A stretch of 64,000 bases of DNA, taken from contig JAUPSS010000001.1 in NCBI GenBank assembly GCA_040285825.1, positions 310,001-374,000 of the forward strand. Direction: 5' to 3'. Positions 60,928 through 64,000 of this stretch are shown here, piece by piece; the stretch's first letter is position 1, and every line of letters begins with the position of its first letter. A program made the position numbers and the translations under genes. The notes under the pieces were generated by a model. It searched no databases. It was not told the DNA's origin and was given only the letters and a program-made list of their open reading frames with translations. This DNA comes from Eukaryota sp. TZLM1-RC (lineage: Eukaryota; Protista; Metamonada: BaSk clade).

Positions 60928-61749
60928 ATGATCGAAATCTTTGGTTACATTGCTGCTGTCTTCATTGGTATCACCTTGGGTCTTATTGGAGGTGGGGGAT
61001 CAATACTTACAGTACCCGTTCTCGTCTTTCTATTTAAAATTAAACCAACTTCAGCTACAGCATATTCTCTATTTATTGTAGGGATTACCAGTGGAATCGG
61101 ATCTATTCCATTCTTTAAACGAAAGCTAGTATGTGTTCAGACTGCTGTTGTCTTTGGCATTCCTTCAATTATTGCTGTTTTTTCAACCAGGGCGTTTCTC
61201 CTTCCCTTGCTTCCAGAAACGTTCATATCAATCAGTTCATTCACTTTGACGAAGGACATTTTCATAATGATTCTTTTTGCTAGTCTCATGATTGTTACTT
61301 CCTTTTCCATGATAAAGAAGAGTAAAAAAAGTGTTTTGGAAGAACCTCTCCTACATCAAGATTCTATAACCAAAGACTTTAATTATAAACTTATTCTATT
61401 AGAAGGAACTATTGTAGGAGCACTCACTGGTCTTGTAGGTGCTGGAGGTGGGTTTCTCATCATTCCTGCACTGGTTATCCTAGGAAAACTTCCAATGAAG
61501 AAGGCCGTTGGGACTTCTCTTGTAATCATATTTTCAAAGTCTCTTATTGGTTTGCTGGGTGAACCACTGTTGAGAGGTTCTGATTTTCAGTGGGTGATAG
61601 TGCTCAAATGTACCTTTATGGCCGTTCTCGGTATCTCCCTCGGCTCCTTTTTGTCAACCAAAATTGATGGCACCAAGTTGAAACCTGCATTTGGTTATTT
61701 TGTGCTAGTAATGGGCTTTTATATTTTTGTGAAGGAAATATTTTTCTAG
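60928..61749 (+). CDS. Sulfite exporter TauE/SafE (TSUP) family protein, bacterial type
   Basis: GLIGGGGSILTVPVL, ATAYSLF, GLVGAGGGFLIIPAL, AVGTSL, LKPAFGYFV. Confidence 0.9.
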   Translation: MIEIFGYIAAVFIGITLGLIGGGGSILTVPVLVFLFKIKPTSATAYSLFIVGITSGIGSIPFFKRKLVCVQTAVVFGIPSIIAVFSTRAFLLPLLPETFISISSFTLTKDIFIMILFASLMIVTSFSMIKKSKKSVLEEPLLHQDSITKDFNYKLILLEGTIVGALTGLVGAGGGFLIIPALVILGKLPMKKAVGTSLVIIFSKSLIGLLGEPLLRGSDFQWVIVLKCTFMAVLGISLGSFLSTKIDGTKLKPAFGYFVLVMGFYIFVKEIFF

Positions 61750-62147
61750 TTGGTTCAAATTTGACATCATTAAATTTGAACTAATTCTTATGATTTAGCC
61801 CAATTTGGTAGTTTAGCAGCTTTTTGCCTGAATACTAAATGAGAGGCAAAGTTCACATTCTTTTCTACCCTGTAAGCCACAAAATTAAAACTAAGTTAAA
61901 TGAAAATAGAGTTTTTTTACAAAAGTTCTTATTTTACAGCTAATTTTGTTGAGTTTTTAGAAAATAAGTATTACAACTTAATCTCTTTTTTCCAAATACA
62001 ACTTTAATTGCACAAATTTGACGAAGTAAAAAAATAATACATAAATATTAAAAAATACACCAAAAACTGAGAAAATTCTTCCAAAGCTGACGTTTCCTTT
62101 TTATATAATGGAGATTTTTAAAACACACTAACCACTATGAGAATATT

Positions 62148-63911
62148 TATTGAATTTGCGCACTTAATTAAATTAACTCATAACTAATGGGATGACTATC
62201 ATTGAACTAAGATTTCCTCTACAAAATCTTGATCTGCTTGCTGTCTAGCTAAAGCTTCTGTTATTCGATTGAAAAACCGTGGTAATCTATTAATGATGGC
62301 TAATTGAATCCGTGAACGCCATAAAAAGATATCAAATCTTTTCATTGTTTTTTCTTGCAACATTTTTTGCAAGTCATTCAAAAAAGTTTCTGCTTCATCT
62401 GATAATCTTCCATTCATCGAAAATGGGAAAGCAATAAAAACCAGCTGTGTATTTCTATCGACATTAGCCTCTTCAATATCTTTATCATATTTTCTATGTT
62501 TCACTTTTGCTTTAAAATTCAGAGCAGCCACAGGATTAAGTTTTCTTCTGTGAACCAAAGTATCATTTGCAACATTACATGAGACAAAGTCAACAATAGC
62601 TTCAGAATTATCAATCCAATCACAGTATACATCACCTCTATCATCAGAACCAAAATTATTCAGAGAAAGTGTTTCCTTCAGCAGAGGCTCTTTGATACAC
62701 GAAATTCTTGCATTTCGAGCCTTAATAAAAACAGTGTCTCTAACAGCACCAAGGAAAGAAGAACGATAAGTTATCAATTTAGAGCAATTCAGAGCATGGC
62801 GCCAAGTGAGTTGAGGGGTATTCGAACAAATACATTTTTCTTTTGTTAATAATGGATTAATTGGAATATTCAAATATAATCTCATTTTTGTTACAAATGC
62901 TTCATTAGTGGCACACAATCCAAATCTTCGTGGTACAATGGTTACAAAAAGTGAAGAATCTGATGACTTGTTTTCACAAACACCCTTTTCCAATAACAAT
63001 GAGTGAAGATCTTGATTTAAAGCAGCCGAGCTGCATATATTATTATAAAGATCTTTTTCATACATTCCAGTTAATCGTTTCTGTAATGTTCGAAGAGTGT
63101 ACTTCAAATTTAAAACATTTTTTTCTGGAATATTGCCATTGAATGATTGGGGCAAACATCGACCCCATTTTTCTACATCAATTTTTGAAATTTCTTCATT
63201 TAATGCAAAAAAAGTGGATTTTTGCGTTATCATCAATAAATCTTCCCAATCTGCAAATCTTTCGAAAAACTCAATGATTGCATTTCTGCATCCTCCAACA
63301 AAAGCACACGAGGTAAGAATAGAAGCCTTCGTCCACCCTAAACGGCCATAATGTGGACTAAGGTAAGCATGATCTGGAATTTGGAACATTTTACATCCCA
63401 GTAACTGAGACAGAACTTTTGCACGTAATTCATCAAACTTCTGAGCCAAAGGTCTAGTGACGAGAGGATTTGTGGATCGAAATACATGATTAAAATTGGA
63501 ACTAAAACACAGTCTTATAATGGTAAATTTGATGTGTTTTTGTATATCTAAATTCATCATTCAGTCAATTTTGTCAGAAATTGAGTTCAACTTTTCAAAC
63601 ATTTTTTTTGGTAATTTCATCATTATTTCCTAAAAACGAACCCAAATGACGAATAGCATCAACTGAATATAGTTTGGCTTGAATTTCAATACCATCAACT
63701 ATTGTGGAAACTGGAGAATTCGATAACAAAACACATTTAAGTAAATTAAGTCGGGGACCAATTTTGGTAAATAATTCTTTAACACATAGAGTTGCTTGTT
63801 TCACAATATTTAAATCAAAAATTAGCACAACATCATCCATATATGCAATCATTTTTAGCGAAGGAAACATCTCTTGAATTTGCAGTAAAATAGGATGAAT
63901 GGCCAAACAAA
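62148..63911 (-). mobile_element. 5'-truncated retrotransposon family A copy
   Basis: YMDD through RLE and 3' UTR; imperfect TSD AACCACTATGAGAATATTT / AACCACTATTGGGATATTT. Confidence 0.9.
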
Positions 63912-64000
63912 AACCACTATTGGGATATTTTCACAAAATTTTGTGTAAAGTTTTTGTGAAAGTTGTGGAATACTGAAGAGTAGTTGATACTTTGTACTGT

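Noticed and set aside
9400-63911. Alternative genetic code or stop-codon readthrough to explain in-frame stops
   Set aside because: Stops occur with frameshifts, only in mobile or decayed sequence, and differ between copies; host genes are intact under the standard code and end in TAA, TAG or TGA

Overview
AT-rich, gene-dense, intron-poor genomic window from a unicellular eukaryote. It is eukaryotic by gene content and has about 30-nt GT-AG introns; a protist identity is inference. Host genes: RPB10, an ArfGAP, TRAPPC9/Trs120, a tandem double glutaminase-ankyrin, a SMYD-like protein, FAM135, REV1, a MATCAP-like peptidase, TM9SF, a PI31-like protein, WDR43/UTP5 and SENP8. Two genes look bacterial (DUF1624-type acyltransferase, TauE/SafE). 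The genes are interspersed with many 5'-truncated RT+RLE non-LTR retrotransposons (several with TSDs), two pogo-like DDE elements, a MITE, a Mutator nested in a retroelement, and a ~2-kb inverted duplication carrying tRNA-Ala(UGC). The main result is three TnpB-derived Fanzor loci. The one at 20066-22044 (-) keeps all three RuvC catalytic residues, may contain a 28-nt intron, and is followed directly by a ~270-nt multi-stem, strand-polarised structured region that is a candidate omegaRNA. A second, decayed Fanzor runs in frame into the glutaminase gene. A third, decayed Fanzor lies just upstream of the TauE gene. All family calls come from motif recognition; no database search was run.
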